Positions 1 through 14,211 are shown, numbered from the whole stretch's first letter. The stretch: DNA of 63,502 nucleotides, filler included, from Octopus bimaculoides (GCF_001194135.2; 6 parts of 5 records of this genome joined end to end with filler, not necessarily neighbours in it); one strand, 5' to 3'. Notes: generated by a model from the letters alone, not told the origin. Numbers and translations: made by a program.

Positions 1-372
1 CGGTGGACGAAATGTTGTATATGTCTCTTTAATTCTGTAGGGTCGCACATGCAGGAGACATTTCGCATTACTCTGACGAGGTCTGCCATCAATATGTTGA
101 ATTTGGCATTGTCCGCAATAGCCGAGTTCCGGTGGATCAGGTATTTGGAGGCCATAGGTTTTGTATAGTGTGAATGGAGGATTCTGGTTTTATTGTTCTT
201 AGTTTCTAGCCAGAGTTCAGTATCTAATACAGGTAATCTATGGTTAGGGTGTTTAGTAGGGTAGTCTATCGTAACTTTAATACTCTGGTGGATGGAGTTA
301 GCTATTTGCTGGATGCTCTCCATAGTCTTAGTTTCTATTTCTATTTCAGGGGTACTGGAACTTCGAATGAAT
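1..372 (-). mobile_element. Penelope-like retroelement (Neptune-type) RT thumb/linker fragment, running off the window edge
   Basis: The minus-strand frame has no stops: ...EIETKTMESIQQIANSIHQSIKVTIDYPTKHPNHRLPVLDTELWLETKNNKTRILHSHYTKPMASKYLIHRNSAIADNAKFNILMADLVRVMRNVS... It carries PLE RT motifs (IHxSIxVTxDYP, LPVLD, YxKPxAS, H..SA). It is absent from the ORF track because no stop lies inside the window. Confidence 0.8.
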
Positions 373-676
373 TTAAAATTGCAATGGGAAACACGGTTTA
401 TCAAATTGTTATGATTTACATTACAATAGCTTATGTTACTCTATGTTTCAGCTTTGGAGACACGTTCGTGTTTATTTGTAAAACCTGTACCTATACTCGC
501 ACGCACACACGGGCACGGTCGCGCGCACACATGCACACAGATATATTTGTTATATTTTCTTATAAATTTTCGTGTATGCATGCACATACATGTATTTATG
601 TATATGCGTACGTACGTATATCATTATTATATTATTTTCGTATGCACTCAACAGATGTGAATGTTAGAAAAGAATC

Positions 677-995
677 CTAACACCGGGCTACAACAAGTAG
701 CCTTAAATGCCAAGACCCCTCCTAAGTATCCTAGCTGTCCCTAATAACACCGTTTGCTGCAGCTGTACTAAATTGGGTTTTATGCCTATTTCCTCTATGT
801 AGATCTTTAGGGATAGTTCCCAATGCACTTATAACTACTGGGATACATTTTTACCCGAACTTTCCATAGTCTCTCTAGTTCAATTGCTAGGTCCTGGTAC
901 TTTGCTATTTTTTCTATACCTCCCATATTAATTTTTTCATCATTTGGGACTGTAATGTCAGTTATCTGGCACTTTCTCTCTTTATCTGCTGCTGT
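677..995 (-). mobile_element. Dong/R4-type REL LINE, 3' end (endonuclease C-terminus plus UTR), frameshifted
   Basis: Translates as KCQITDITVPNDEKI...EKIAKYQDLAIELERLWKV / VVISALGTIP...LQQTVLLGTARILRRGLGI*. The 5' truncation abuts an (ACT)n tract at ~995-1032. Confidence 0.85.
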
Positions 996-997
996 TG

Positions 998-1034
<37 letters not shown>

Positions 1035-2078
1035 ATAATCAAGCATTCTAGCTTCTAGAATAAAATATAAAAGTAAACAAAAAAATAAAGGGCAACAAAG
1101 GAAAGAAATTTCACAGCGACAATGCTCTTCTCAATACGTGTGACGTACCAGTTAAGACAATCTTTTGCATTTCCTGCATGGATGGTCATGCAGGGATAAT
1201 TTTTAAATAATTTTCTCTTCCTTTTTTTATCATTCCAAGTGGTCCTATAATCGCTGGTGTTGAAACTGTCTCGAAATACCATCTTTGCTCCTACTATTGC
1301 ATGGTATTATTAAATGTTGTTTAGTTTCGACTTTTGTCTTGAGATAATCATAAATATGTGTGGGTTGACGTGGAAAGGAGGAGGAGACGCAGCTTAGTGA
1401 AATGACAAATTCCGCAAGTCTGTAAATATGTTCGGCAGATGGTGAAGAGATCAGCAATGACGCTTCGCATTCCTGTGCGATCGAGAGACAAAAGAAGCGT
1501 CACACCCTTGCGGTCAGCAGAGGTTAAATGTGTTTACTTCTACTAGCGATTAATGAGAGCACTGATCTTGGTCTTGAAAAGACCCAATTCACCTTGTTCT
1601 GTTTTTAATTACTGATAGAAAAAACAATTATATCACCCCCTTTCATTCTTCCCTCTACTGTTCTTCGCCTCTCCCTGTCACTACTATCTCTCTCTCTCTC
1701 TATCTCTCGTTGCTCGTCCTTCACCTCTCCCCGTCACTACTACTATCTCTCTTCCTCTCTACCTCTCGTTGATCACTTATATTCTACTTCCTCCCCTTCT
1801 TCTCCCTCTGCTAGTCTTTCTCCCTACCCCTCGCTGGTCACATGTGTCCAGTTGCCATTTCTTTTCGGTCTCTGACCACCTAAGCTTCGGACGCACTTCT
1901 TCGCCTCTCCTGTTTGTGTTTCACAGAGTTCAATATACACACACTTCTCCACGTCTGGCTGTACAGCCTTTTTGTTTGTTTATTTCACCGTTTCGTTTTC
2001 CTGTCTTGTTTTCCGTCCGCCACTATGCTCCACCAAAGAAAAGTTAATTTGTGTTCGTGGGAAGAGCCAGCTGAAAAC

Positions 2079-2174
2079 AGGGTCGAAAAAACAAGTACCA
2101 GCTAAAAATTGGGGTCGCGTAATCGATTATCCCCTCCCCCAAATTTCAGGCCTTGTGCCTGTAGTAGAAAAGAT
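2079..2174 (+). mobile_element. tRNA-derived SINE family A, 3' half
   Basis: gtcgaaaaaacaagtaccag...ggggtcgcgtaatcgatt...aaatttcaggccttgtgcc...tagaaaagatt matches the 3' halves of the copies at 25865-26283 and 19899-20114. Confidence 0.6.
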
Positions 2175-2182
2175 TATTATTA

Positions 2183-2224
<42 letters not shown>

Positions 2225-2426
2225 NNNNNNNNNNNNNNNNNNNNNNNNNNNNNNNNNNNNNNNNNNNNNNNNNNNNNNNNNNNNNNNNNNNNNNNNNNNN
2301 NNNNNNNNNNNNNNNNNNNNNNNNNNNNNNNNNNNNNNNNNNNNNNNNNNNNNNNNNNNNNNNNNNNNNNNNNNNNNNNNNNNNNNNNNNNNNNNNNNNN
2401 NNNNNNNNNNNNNNNNNNNNNNNNNN

Positions 2427-2540
2427 GTGCTGTGGTTTGCTGTGGTGCTCTTATGTTTACTGTATTGAAAGTGTTTTGCGTAGAATGTGTGCAGTACCCA
2501 GTAGTGCAATTTTCTGTATGTTATATATATTTGTAAGTCC
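2427..2540 (-). mobile_element. Dong/R4-type LINE ORF C-terminus plus start of the 3' UTR
   Basis: Minus strand reads GLTNIYNIQKIALLGTAHILRKTLSIQ*. It is 5'-truncated directly at a (TAT)n array (2539-2638). Confidence 0.85.
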
Positions 2541-2566
2541 TTATTATTATTATTATTATTATTATC

Positions 2567-2640
<74 letters not shown>

Positions 2641-2762
2641 ACTTTTCTTTCATCCTTTCGGGGGTCAATAAAATAAGTACCAGTTGAGTACCGGGAGTAA
2701 GTCGTTGAGACTTAGCCCCGCCCCTACTAATTTGAAGCCCTGTACCTTTAGTAGAATGGTTT
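2641..2762 (+). mobile_element. SINE family A, 3' half
   Basis: ctttcatcctttcgggggtcaataaaataagtaccagttgagtac... is shared with the other family A copies in the window. Confidence 0.65.
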
Positions 2763-2774
2763 ATCATCATCACT

Positions 2775-2806
<32 letters not shown>

Positions 2807-3099
2807 TATCATCATAATCATCATCATCATCATCATCATCATCAGTTTGTTTGAAAGTCTTTGCGTCGAGACTCAAAGGTTTGTTGAAATTTGTTGAAAA
2901 TAATTTGTTTATTTCCGTTAATCTTCGTTATAAATTTGAATAATCCCATCTCCGAATTCTCTTGCGAAGCCAAAGACCAATAAATTGTGTACTAAAGGGA
3001 ATAATTATTGTAATATATTTTTCACACTTGTTTGTTTCTCTTTCTTTATTCCTTCCTTCCTTCCTTTTTTGTCTTGCGTGTTTTCGTTTCGAAATTATA

Positions 3100-4250
3100 G
3101 CGGCATTAACTCCAATAAACCATTTGAATGAGGACTCGACAAGAGATCCTCACACCACTACCAGATTTACTAGCGAGTAGAAGCTCGACAGCTATACCAC
3201 CACCATTACCACTACCACCAACAACTAAAATAATATTAACGAAAGCAACCTAACAGCAATACTTGCGAAAGGGAGGAAAAAGCTGCAATGATTACAGTTC
3301 AAAGTCGATCTTACCAGCAAACGAAAATAGCAGCAGAAGTACCAGCAGCAGCAACAACAACAACAATACCAAGAAAAACATGAATAATGAAGAACACAGA
3401 GTAAGCTGTACGAGCAACCTCAAGAGTAAACAATCTTTTGCTAAGATGGTTGCAAAATCCATGCAGTTCTTTAAGCCCTTAAGTGATAAGGAGACAAAAC
3501 TAATAAAGGCTAAGCAAGTTGTGAATCAGAATGGGAAGAGAGCACAAGTTGAGATCTTGCGAACAATTGCCAGAATGACGGTAACAGATGTCTAGGTGGG
3601 AGGCCTGAAAGAAATATGAGCAGACATAGGATATATGTCGAAGACATGGCAGGTAGGGAGCGTGAAGGTCTTTTTCAAGAGCGAAACATTCACAGTGATG
3701 CATTCCATTTCTCTCATACGTGACAAGGATTTCACATCTATTCGGCATAGTTAAAGCGTAGCGTTAAGATAGAAAGAGTTCCATCTGAACTGGACATCTG
3801 GTGATTGCTAGAGTGTGTCACTTTGGAGGGCAGTGAAAATTTGTCCCATCTGAAAAGGAGAGGATGTTTTGGGCTGGAGGCACAGAAGAGATCCTCCTCC
3901 AGATAAACCTGAGGGAGAAGAAAAGATCCCACACCTAATCCACCTGCCCCACCGAATGGAACTGGAGTTACGGTTGAGGACAGAAAGTCAAGATTCCACT
4001 TACGTGCTGCAGACGATCACCTCAAATTGTCCTGCGCTCAAGAACAGACCGGCATAAGGAGGCCCCCATCACTTCCGACATCACCGACCCACGAACAGCA
4101 GCGGTGTATACCAGTAGCAGCAATGGCTGTAGAAGCAATGTGAACGATAGCAGCAACAGTAATAATACCAAAGACAGTAGAAACTTCAAGACTAGGAACA
4201 GCTACAACACTCACAAAAGAACCTGGAGCTGCCGCCCAGCGAAATATCCA
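3100..4250 (+). mobile_element. Decayed LINE 5' region / ORF1 (gag-like) remnant
   Basis: Broken frames read KIERVPSELDIW*LLECVTLEG and VTVEDRKSRFHLRAADDHLKLSC (a degenerate zinc-knuckle-like segment), followed by a Thr/Ala-rich tail. There are multiple stops and frameshifts. Confidence 0.45.
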
Positions 4251-5672
4251 GCCTAACTCCCTCTCTATTATTCTCCGTCTTTCAAACACACAAAAGCGCG
4301 CGCGCGCATGAACACACGCACAAGGAAACGAGGCATTACGCCAAAATTTTAGCTTCCCATCATTGGTCAATCATAAAGGGATGTTGCGCGTGCATGATAA
4401 AGCAGGATTATGAATTTTTTACTTCATCTTCCTCACTTTCTTCCATGGATCATTTTTCCAGATTATTGCAACATTTTTACATGAAAAGTTCATGAATTGT
4501 GAAGTGGTTAAATATAGTATTGACTGTCTCTTTGTTTTAGTAATTTTCTGAATAAATGTCATTATCTTATCAATAAGGATGAAAAATATTATTTTGATTA
4601 AATATATCAATTAAGACCAAAGAAGAATTTGTTTCTTTCTCATCTTGAAATGTCTCAGAAGTTTCTTTCCAACATAATATTTGTGTGTGTGCTTGTGTCT
4701 GCGTATGTGTTTGTATGTCTGTTTATATATACGTATATATATATATATACATATATACATATGTACATATATATATATATACATATATATATANNNNNNN
4801 NNNNNNNNNNNNNNNNNNNNNNNNNNNNNNNNNNNNNNNNNNNNNNNNNNNNNNNNNNNNNNNNNNNNNNNNNNNNNNNNNNNNNNNNNNNNNNNNNNNN
4901 NNNNNNNNNNNNNNNNNNNNNNNNNNNNNNNNNNNNNNNNNNNNNNNNNNNNNNNNNNNNNNNNNNNNNNNNNNNNNNNNNNNNNNNNNNNNNNNNNNNN
5001 NNNNNNNNNNNNNNNNNNNNNNNNNNNNNNNNNNNNNNNNNNNNNNNNNNNNNNNNNNNNNNNNNNNNNNNNNNNNNNNNNNNNNNNNNNNNNNNNNNNN
5101 NNNNNNNNNNNNNNNNNNNNNNNNNNNNNNNNNNNNNNNTTCTACAACTTTATATAGAGTTCCACAAAAAAAAAAAAGAAGAATAACAATTGTAGTTGTG
5201 TTAATAGGAAAATACTAACAAAAACGTCAACACTTAGTTACATCACACGTAAAAATAAGTCACGAAATCTATCAGGACTTAACCAAAGCGTAATTTTTAA
5301 ACCAAGGTTTCAGGTATCTATTAGTTATAACAGTATACCCATGACGTTTCGCGGCCTACTGCTAAGCGCATAAACATCGCGTCATAACTGTCTTCTTTAT
5401 GATGTTGCCGGCAAGACGTTGAAACATTAATGGACTAATGGATGCACGAACGGTTTGATCGAAATGAAGCATAAATGTTTTATAAAGAAATATAAAAACA
5501 TCCTTAATATAAAAGAATAAACAGGAACCATTTTCATGTCTTTAACATGTTTGTGTGCGCAAGTACTTCTTTCTTTTATACATACGCATATAGAGACATA
5601 CATTATACATACGTATACATACATATTTTATGTATGTATGATATATATAAGTATATATATGCACATATATAT

Positions 5673-7075
<1,403 letters not shown>

Positions 7076-7509
7076 AGTATCTTTCATGATTCGATCAGCT
7101 AGCTAACAAATCCTTGATATTGTAACGGTATAGTTTATTAACTATTTCTTTCTTGGAGAATTGACTGTAGATTATTCTGCTTATGTTGTTGATAAAATTC
7201 TAAAAAAAACTTGAAAGAGAGAGAGAGAGAGAGATGACTTTTTATATAAGCAAACTTTTCATTGGGCTTTCTGTGAGTCTTATTTAGTTCTTTTTAAGTC
7301 GTGTTCAACTTCAAAGATTTCAACAGTAGTTAAGTTAATGGCTATACCAATTTATTGTTCGGAAAGGACAAAATTTTGAATAAAATCCTACTTGTCAAGA
7401 ATGTCATCATTAGCCATTAAACATTATTCGAAAAAACATAGTAGCTATAGAGGTAGAGCTCAAGTAAACTCCATTATTCTACCTTCTTGTATTGATTCCG
7501 ATCTAACAG

Positions 7510-7602
7510 ACTAAAAACAACGTTTTGCACAACAATTAGAGTGGGTTGTATTGTAGCGTCTGGAATTTCATTGGTTGCTGCATTTGTGGGATCTCTGTGT
7601 TT
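7510..7602 (+). CDS. Candidate internal exon encoding a transmembrane helix; host gene unidentified
   Basis: ...ttccgatctaacAG|A CTA AAA...TGT TT|GTGAGT. It is 93 nt, phase 2-2, and reads LKTTFCTTIRVGCIVASGISLVAAFVGSLC. No homolog recognised. Confidence 0.3.
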
Positions 7603-7949
7603 GTGAGTTTGTTTGAAGGGTTTGATATGTTAGTCTTTGTACTTTTTTTTTTATTGAAATGCTTGTTAGCGTAACGTGTGTGTGTTTTTATTTATGTCTA
7701 TTGACAAATATGTGTCTTTATGTACTTCTGAGTAACAATAGTTTCAACTGTTTTACGTGTCTACGTGCATCAATATTGAGTGCATTTTGAAACACACGTC
7801 TTTGCATTTGAAAAATTCTAAATAAGTGAGTGCGTCTGTGTCCTTAATGTGATGTATTTGTGTCAGTTTGTATATATTCGAACCTAGAAATTACAGTAAG
7901 TAGTACCTGAAAATATTCAATTTTTTTAAAAGTATTATTTAACCCTAAC

Positions 7950-8170
7950 AACGGATGTTCCAAGCTTACATCGAACGACAGAATCGTATTCACAGGCAAT
8001 AATTCAAATCCCCCACCTTCAGTAATGTTCAATGATGAAATGGTGTTCAGTAGAGTAAAATATGTGAAAAAATAATGCACTGGATCCTAGCAGTTTCAAA
8101 GAAACCTATAAAATGTAATAAATGTAATCATATAGGAAGACACGCAAATGAAAGACCAACAGCGTTTAAC
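7950..8170 (+). mobile_element. Decayed LINE ORF1 remnant with a CCHC-like knuckle
   Basis: 8102-8152 reads KPIKCNKCNHIGRHANE, resembling the ORF1 knuckle PxxCxxCxxxGHxxxxC. Upstream frames are interrupted by stops. Confidence 0.4.
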
Positions 8171-9445
8171 TATGCTACTCCGGTAAGGTTAAAAACCCTG
8201 ATACATAAAACCGCCACTCATCTTGTACTCTGATTGTAGAGCAGGTAGGTCTTTGGCTGGAACCCATAAGAAATGTTTCTCTCCAACTTTTCTAACGATA
8301 TACATCTATTAATAATAATTTTTTGCAAGAAATAATATGTTTTTTTTGCAAAACTAATCAAAAATTAAATATGTAGGTTCTTTAACTTTCCAAGGTTATC
8401 CACGAAAGGTGGTAGCAAGAGCCACGGCGAGATGAACATGAAAAATGTCGATCATAACTCATCCCTATGGATAGCATAATACGAAATAGCGCCCGTAAAT
8501 CTTGATCTGCACCAGAGAAGACCATATCAAAACGGGCTTGCGAGACATTTTGGTGACAAAATTGTTAACTGTGGCTATGCAAAGAAGGTTTTTGCAAGGT
8601 AGAATTGCCCTGGGAATATTTTATCTGCATGTAAGAAATTCCTATCACTTTTCTCAGTTGCTAACGTTTTAGGATGAACATTAAAAAAATAGTTAACAAT
8701 TTAGGATGAACAAAGAGAAAAAGAAAAAAATGAAATACGTCTTTTTAAGCTATGAACTATCTTCAATCTTTTGTCTTCTCTCTCTTTTAAGAAACTTCGT
8801 AGCTTAATTTATAACTTGAGTTATGCCGCGCCGACAGTCCCAAAGTAAAATGAAAGAGTAAATATAAAACAAAAGAAAAATTGGAACTTTATTTGGTCTA
8901 AGAAAGACATTTTCAAAAGATTGAAATTAAAAATTAAATATACATGCTCTTCAGCTTTGTTTCAGCGAGAAATGATACTGTCTCCTTTAATGGCGAATCA
9001 CCACCAGAGGCAAACCACGTGTTTTAAATAAATAATTTAACTCTCCAGAATCCAACCAACAATAGGATAGAATGATGTAATTTCCTCACTTAAAGAATAA
9101 ACCTGAACAGTAGTAATTGCCTTAAAAAAATGCTGTTACATACAGAGCCGTTGTTAAATCTAATATTAACCAAATGGATATTGATTATATAGGAGCGACT
9201 GCTAGCTAATTTAAAAAGAGACATTATGAACATGATTATACATTTAAATATTTCGAAGAACAATGTGCATGACATTTGGAAGAAATATCTCTTTTCCTAT
9301 TTGAAATAACAGTAAAGCCCACATTATTAAATGTTGGCTTTCGATAAAGTAGGTTGCAATGAAATATATTTTTCATCATTATCGCCAAGACGCGCTATCC
9401 ATTTTGAAACACGGAACTAAAGCAAAGCCACACGGAAATACTTAT

Positions 9446-9504
<59 letters not shown>

Positions 9505-9763
9505 TAGATATAGATATACGCATACATGCATTGATATATTTGTGTATACATATATATTATAATCTTACGTATGCATCGTCATGGCATACCAGCAAATGGT
9601 TCTTATGGTATTTGTATATAATCATAGATTAGCTATTCAGTTCATCCCTAGTTTGATTCGAGTACGTGGTTTTGATAAGCTAGAGAAATGGCGAAATATC
9701 GATATCCATCGCTCCTGAAATTGGACTGTGGGCTAAGTTGACTCGCTTATCTATGACTTTCAG

Positions 9764-9848
9764 GTGTTTTAACATCCAGTGCTATGAGGAAGTTATCCCC
9801 ACTGTGCTATATTGCATCGAACTGGCGAACAAGCAAAACACACTCTGA
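9764..9848 (+). CDS. Candidate terminal coding exon, phase-compatible with 7510-7602
   Basis: atctatgactttcAG|G TGT TTT AAC...CTC TGA. Joined to 7510-7602 it gives ...GSLC-L-CFNIQCYEEVIPTVLYCIELANKQNTL*. Confidence 0.2.
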
Positions 9849-11129
9849 GTATGTGCGGTCGATAATATATACGTGTGTGTGCGTGTGTGTGTGTGTGCGT
9901 GTGTGTGNNNNNNNNNNGGGGGGGGGGGGGTATTTGTGTACCACTCTGTTATCATTATTAGGAATCAATCTTTATACGTTAGTAACATATATAACCCTTA
10001 CATTAAATCTGCTTCTCAACATACTAGTTTTAATCTACAGTTGTTTATAAGGTTTACAAGTTGAAATTGGTTTTTCTTCTCTTCCAAAGCTTAATAACAA
10101 TCTAATATAAAACAATAAGTTAATTTATCCCAACCTACGATATGATTCATCAATTTTGTTAAGTATTACCTAACAGTTTCCTTCAGAAAACTTTTAGCAG
10201 CACTATTAATCTATTCATTTTTCGTTCAACACTATGGTCAAATATTTTTTATTACTATTATTATTTTTATACTATATATTACTATACTTACAACTCCTAA
10301 GCTTAAATTAACACCCCACACCCCTTAGATGTTACCTAACATTATTATAAAACCGGAGTTATACACTTAGGCAACTAATTTATATATTTTATGCAATATT
10401 GATTTTTGTAACCATGCTTTCACTCAATATAATACAAACTGTATTTCGTAAAATATAATTATCTGTACAATATAACATTGCGCAATGAATACCACACATA
10501 AATAATAGTAACTACGTAAAACCTTATTATAAGATGTATTTCATTGTAAAATTTACCTTTACATGCTGAATACAATACGCATTATTAATAGTATATATTA
10601 TCTCATAAAATTTTAAATGAAAATGAATATTTTATCTGGTTATTTTTACACATATACTAAGCATTTATGAATATACATGTAATAATATAATGATTAGTTT
10701 TAAAAAGAAAGAAATAGTATTATGCATGGTTACGACCAACTAGAATCTTTAAGAACTTCTTAAGTAAACAAGCAAATAAATATGTGAATTCTATGAATCA
10801 TTTCCCTTATAATTACCTAATTTCAAATTCAAACTTATCGCACCAAATATTATAAAGCAGTGATTGTCTCGTAATAACTGCGACAAGGGAAAATATAGGT
10901 TTCAACTTAATCACTGCACACTTAACGAAAGTATGAAATGGGCTTCGATCTGCTTCTATGCTGATTCTTTCAATTGTTTGAATCAAATGAACTACTTACT
11001 GAATGAATTAGCGTGTAAGTGGCTGACTATTCCAGAGACATGCGTAATTCTCAAGAAGAATCAGCATAACACAGTGTATTACCAGTTATACCTTTGAATT
11101 TCACGGATTTTCCATGGGATGGGCTTCAG

Positions 11130-11275
11130 CACAATTTCTATCTACCCAGGTTTACTCAAAGGATTGATCAACCCGAAGTAATGGTAATAGATACTTGCCC
11201 AAAGTGCCATATACTGGAATCAAGCCGGAACCTCGTGGTTGGAAAATTAGCTTCTTGACCACTAAGCCATGCTGA
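11130..11275 (-). mobile_element. SINE family C, degenerate 5' half
   Basis: Contains ...acttgcccaaagtgcca...ccggaacc...cttcttgaccactaagccatgc, the reverse complement of the family C head. Confidence 0.6.
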
Positions 11276-11309
11276 GTACATACATATTTAATATGACACT
11301 CAAGTCATT

Positions 11310-11542
11310 TTTCTTCTTTAATATTTCACTTACTTCACTCATTGGACTGTTGTCATGCTAGGACAGAAGTGTGAAGAATTTTTAGTACATAAATTTTTAA
11401 GCCAAGTAATAATTCCAACGGTCTCTTTTGCAGAGACGCTTATTTACGGGGACCTAAACACACTAACACCGGTTATCAAGCAGTGGCAGAAGACACACAA
11501 TGACACACACACACTCACACAGACATACACAGATAGATAGAC

Positions 11543-11604
<62 letters not shown>

Positions 11605-11752
11605 GGTTCTTCCAGTTCCAGTCTACAGTCTACCAAATCCTCTCACAAGCTTTGGTCAGCCCGAGATTATAGTAGAAGACACTTGCCCAAGGCGCTACGC
11701 AGTAGAACTGAACACGGAACCATGTAGTTGGGAAGCAAACTTATTACCACCC
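11310..11752 (-). mobile_element. SINE family C, near full length, with an internal (GATA)n expansion
   Basis: Head gtggtaataagtttgcttcccaactacatggttccgtgttcagt...ccttgggcaagtgtcttctactat, an internal microsatellite at ~11520-11604, and a tail ...cagtccaatgagtgaagtaag. Same layout as 28530-28930. Confidence 0.8.
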
Positions 11753-12098
11753 GACAATCAACATATTCCGTCTCATCATCAACGAAAATTAAAGCGATTC
11801 ACTCCTTTATTAATAGAGGAAATATCCCCTGTAAATAAAGATACACAGATCGAGAAATATTTGTTTGGTGTTCTTAATTCACATTGCTTCAAATCTAGAT
11901 TTTCTTTTTTGTTATGAATAACAGGTCACCGAAGTTATAAATATGCATTTATATTCAATCGGATTTGAAATAAAACAATATTATTTACACTTAAGTAATC
12001 AATAATAAATCAGTTAGAATATAGATTTTAAAGCCATTCTATTCTTGACTGTACAATCTATTAATCAAAAAGCAGAATAAAAATTTATTAAAATAAAC

Positions 12099-12198
12099 NN
12101 NNNNNNNNNNNNNNNNNNNNNNNNNNNNNNNNNNNNNNNNNNTTAATTAATTAANNNNNNNNNNNNNNNNNNNNNNNNNNNNNNNNNNNNNNNNNNNN
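12099..12198. other. Artificial scaffolding spacer N44-TTAATTAATTAA-N44 (also at 18282-18381, 37613-37712, 39702-39801, 43079-43178)
   Basis: The identical 12-mer, with stops in all six frames, is centred in identical 100-bp N blocks five times. Confidence 0.95.
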
Positions 12199-13008
12199 AT
12201 ATATATATATATATATATATAGAAGGCAATGTTTGCATTGCTTTGTTAATACATTAGGGTAGAGATGGATGGTAAACTTAATCCGTCGTTCTGTTCCCAT
12301 TGCTACATCGATTTTGGCTCGTTTTAGCCAAGTTTACTTTTTTGCAAGCTGTTGTGTCGGATGGCCGGTCTGAGACTAACTTCATCCTCTTCTTCCAACC
12401 AATCACACATAAAACGGAAAAAGTGATATGTCCTTCCCTTCTCTCTGACAAACTGATGCAAAATTACGAGGGAAATTTTTCTATTGCTAACAGGTCGGGT
12501 ATTCTTTTTCTTGTTTTTCGTGTCTTTATTGTTGAACTATGGCCTTTATGTGAAAATTGTTCTTTAGCAGAGACACAAATTCAAAAATCTAGGTGAACTT
12601 TATAATGGATTAATGTGGTCTAATAATTCATTTTGTTGATCCGTAAGCATGAAAGGCAAGTCATTCGTAGTGAGAGTTGAACTAAGCAGAACGAACATGA
12701 AAGGACGTAAATTCCGGTTGATGAACGTCTGTTGGTAAAAAAAAATTGCTTTCAAATATTTTTTGATGCGTACTGGTTAAAGAAGTACTTGGAAAAGCTT
12801 GTGAAAATATGAACCGTGTTTTTTGGTTGGTTGTTTTAATGACTCGTATTAAGTTTTGTTTAAGGCAGGTTGTTAATAAATTAGAGATTCGCAAGTTGTG
12901 TTAATTTTGGTGCCGAGTTTTGGAGTGAAATATGAGTATTGTTGTTTCATTTCAGTCATTTTAATTAATAGGACTCAAGACAATTGAGTGTCAAGTGTGA
13001 GTCATATA

Positions 13009-13794
13009 TGTGTGGTACCCAAAAGAAATCGGAACTTTACAATATTATTATTTTATTCACTTAGTTTTACATGTTTACAGTTTTATAGCTTTCAAATCAG
13101 GCCCGTTTTCCACTTTTCGAAGCAATGCTGGAACTCTTGCGAAGTGATGCATTTTGACGCCTCCGTCGTTTTTACTTCATCTCTTCCACATCTGAAAATT
13201 CCGTAGCACCACCTATCGTCACCAGTGATGACCTTCGAAAAAAGGTCCGCATCAATTTCCGAGAGTTCTTTCAGTTCACGAACACGCATTCAGTCGTAAA
13301 TGCTTTTGATTCTCCGTGAGCAAGCGAGGCAGATATTTTGCTGCAACCCTTTTCATTCGCAATTCCTTGCTCAGAATTCGTTGGCAGGAGCTCCAGGACC
13401 TACTAACAAATTCCTCGGTTATTCGGTGACAAATTTCCGTGTTTTCATTCGTTCGGGAGTTCGATGGTCGTCCTAAACGAGGCTGGTCTTCAAGCGACAA
13501 GTGACCACTTCTAAAGCGTGAAAACCACTTGTAGACCTGTGTTTTGTTCATTGCAGCGTCCTGGTAAGCTGTTGGAAGCATGAGAACTGTTTCGGTCGCC
13601 GTTTTCCCCAGCAGAAAACAGAATTTCATAGAAGCACGCTGTTCCTTCGTTTCAGTCATCGCAAAAATCGATGAACAGTGCAAAACAAAGATGCATCAGG
13701 TGGCAGCACGACTGTAGTGGATGACGCCAATCGGCAAACTTATGCTGAGGGTTGCATCAAGTGGCTTCTAGTGGCGGAAACCTGAACTACAACG
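13009..13794 (-). mobile_element. Mariner (Tc1/mariner) internally deleted, non-autonomous copy
   Basis: HTH region EQRASMKFCFLLGKTATET...VYKWFSRFRSGHLSLEDQPRLGRP, first catalytic Asp region VITGDDRWCYG, C-terminus EFQHCFEKWK. TIR-like tgtgtggtacccaaaagaaatcggaa follows a TA. The other end lies in the gap. Confidence 0.9.
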
Positions 13795-14211
13795 NNNNNN
13801 NNNNNNNNNNNNNNNNNNNNNNNNNNNNNNNNNNNNNNNNNNNNNNNNNNNNNNNNNNNNNNNNNNNNNNNNNNNNNNNNNNNNNNNNNNNNNNNNNNNN
13901 NNNNNNNNNNNNNNNNNNNNNNNNNNNNNNNNNNNNNNNNNNNNNNNNNNNNNNNNNNNNNNNNNNNNNNNNNNNNNNNNNNNNNNNNNNNNNNNNNNNN
14001 NNNNNNNNNNNNNNNNNNNNNNNNNNNNNNNNNNNNNNNNNNNNNNNNNNNNNNNNNNNNNNNNNNNNNNNNNNNNNNNNNNNNNNNNNNNNNNNNNNNN
14101 NNNNNNNNNNNNNNNNNNNNNNNNNNNNNNNNNNNNNNNNNNNNNNNNNNNNNNNNNNNNNNNNNNNNNNNNNNNNNNNNNNNNNNNNNNNNNNNNNNNN
14201 NNNNNNNNNNN

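Noticed and set aside
240-680. 146-aa plus-strand ORF
   Set aside because: It is antisense to the PLE RT frame and runs into CA/TA low-complexity sequence.
1380-1530. Protein-like frames (MTLRIPVRSRDKRS...) and a GCGTCACACC 10-mer shared with ~17270 (minus)
   Set aside because: Short, with a weak donor, and no further alignment between the two loci.
5340-5445. gacgtttcg and gaaacattaatg segments reminiscent of hammerheads
   Set aside because: There is no intact CUGANGA box in a compatible position.
12300-12596. 98-aa ORF and an AG/GT-bounded segment at ~12491-12593
   Set aside because: Two frames are equally plausible, the donor is weak and there is no recognisable homology.
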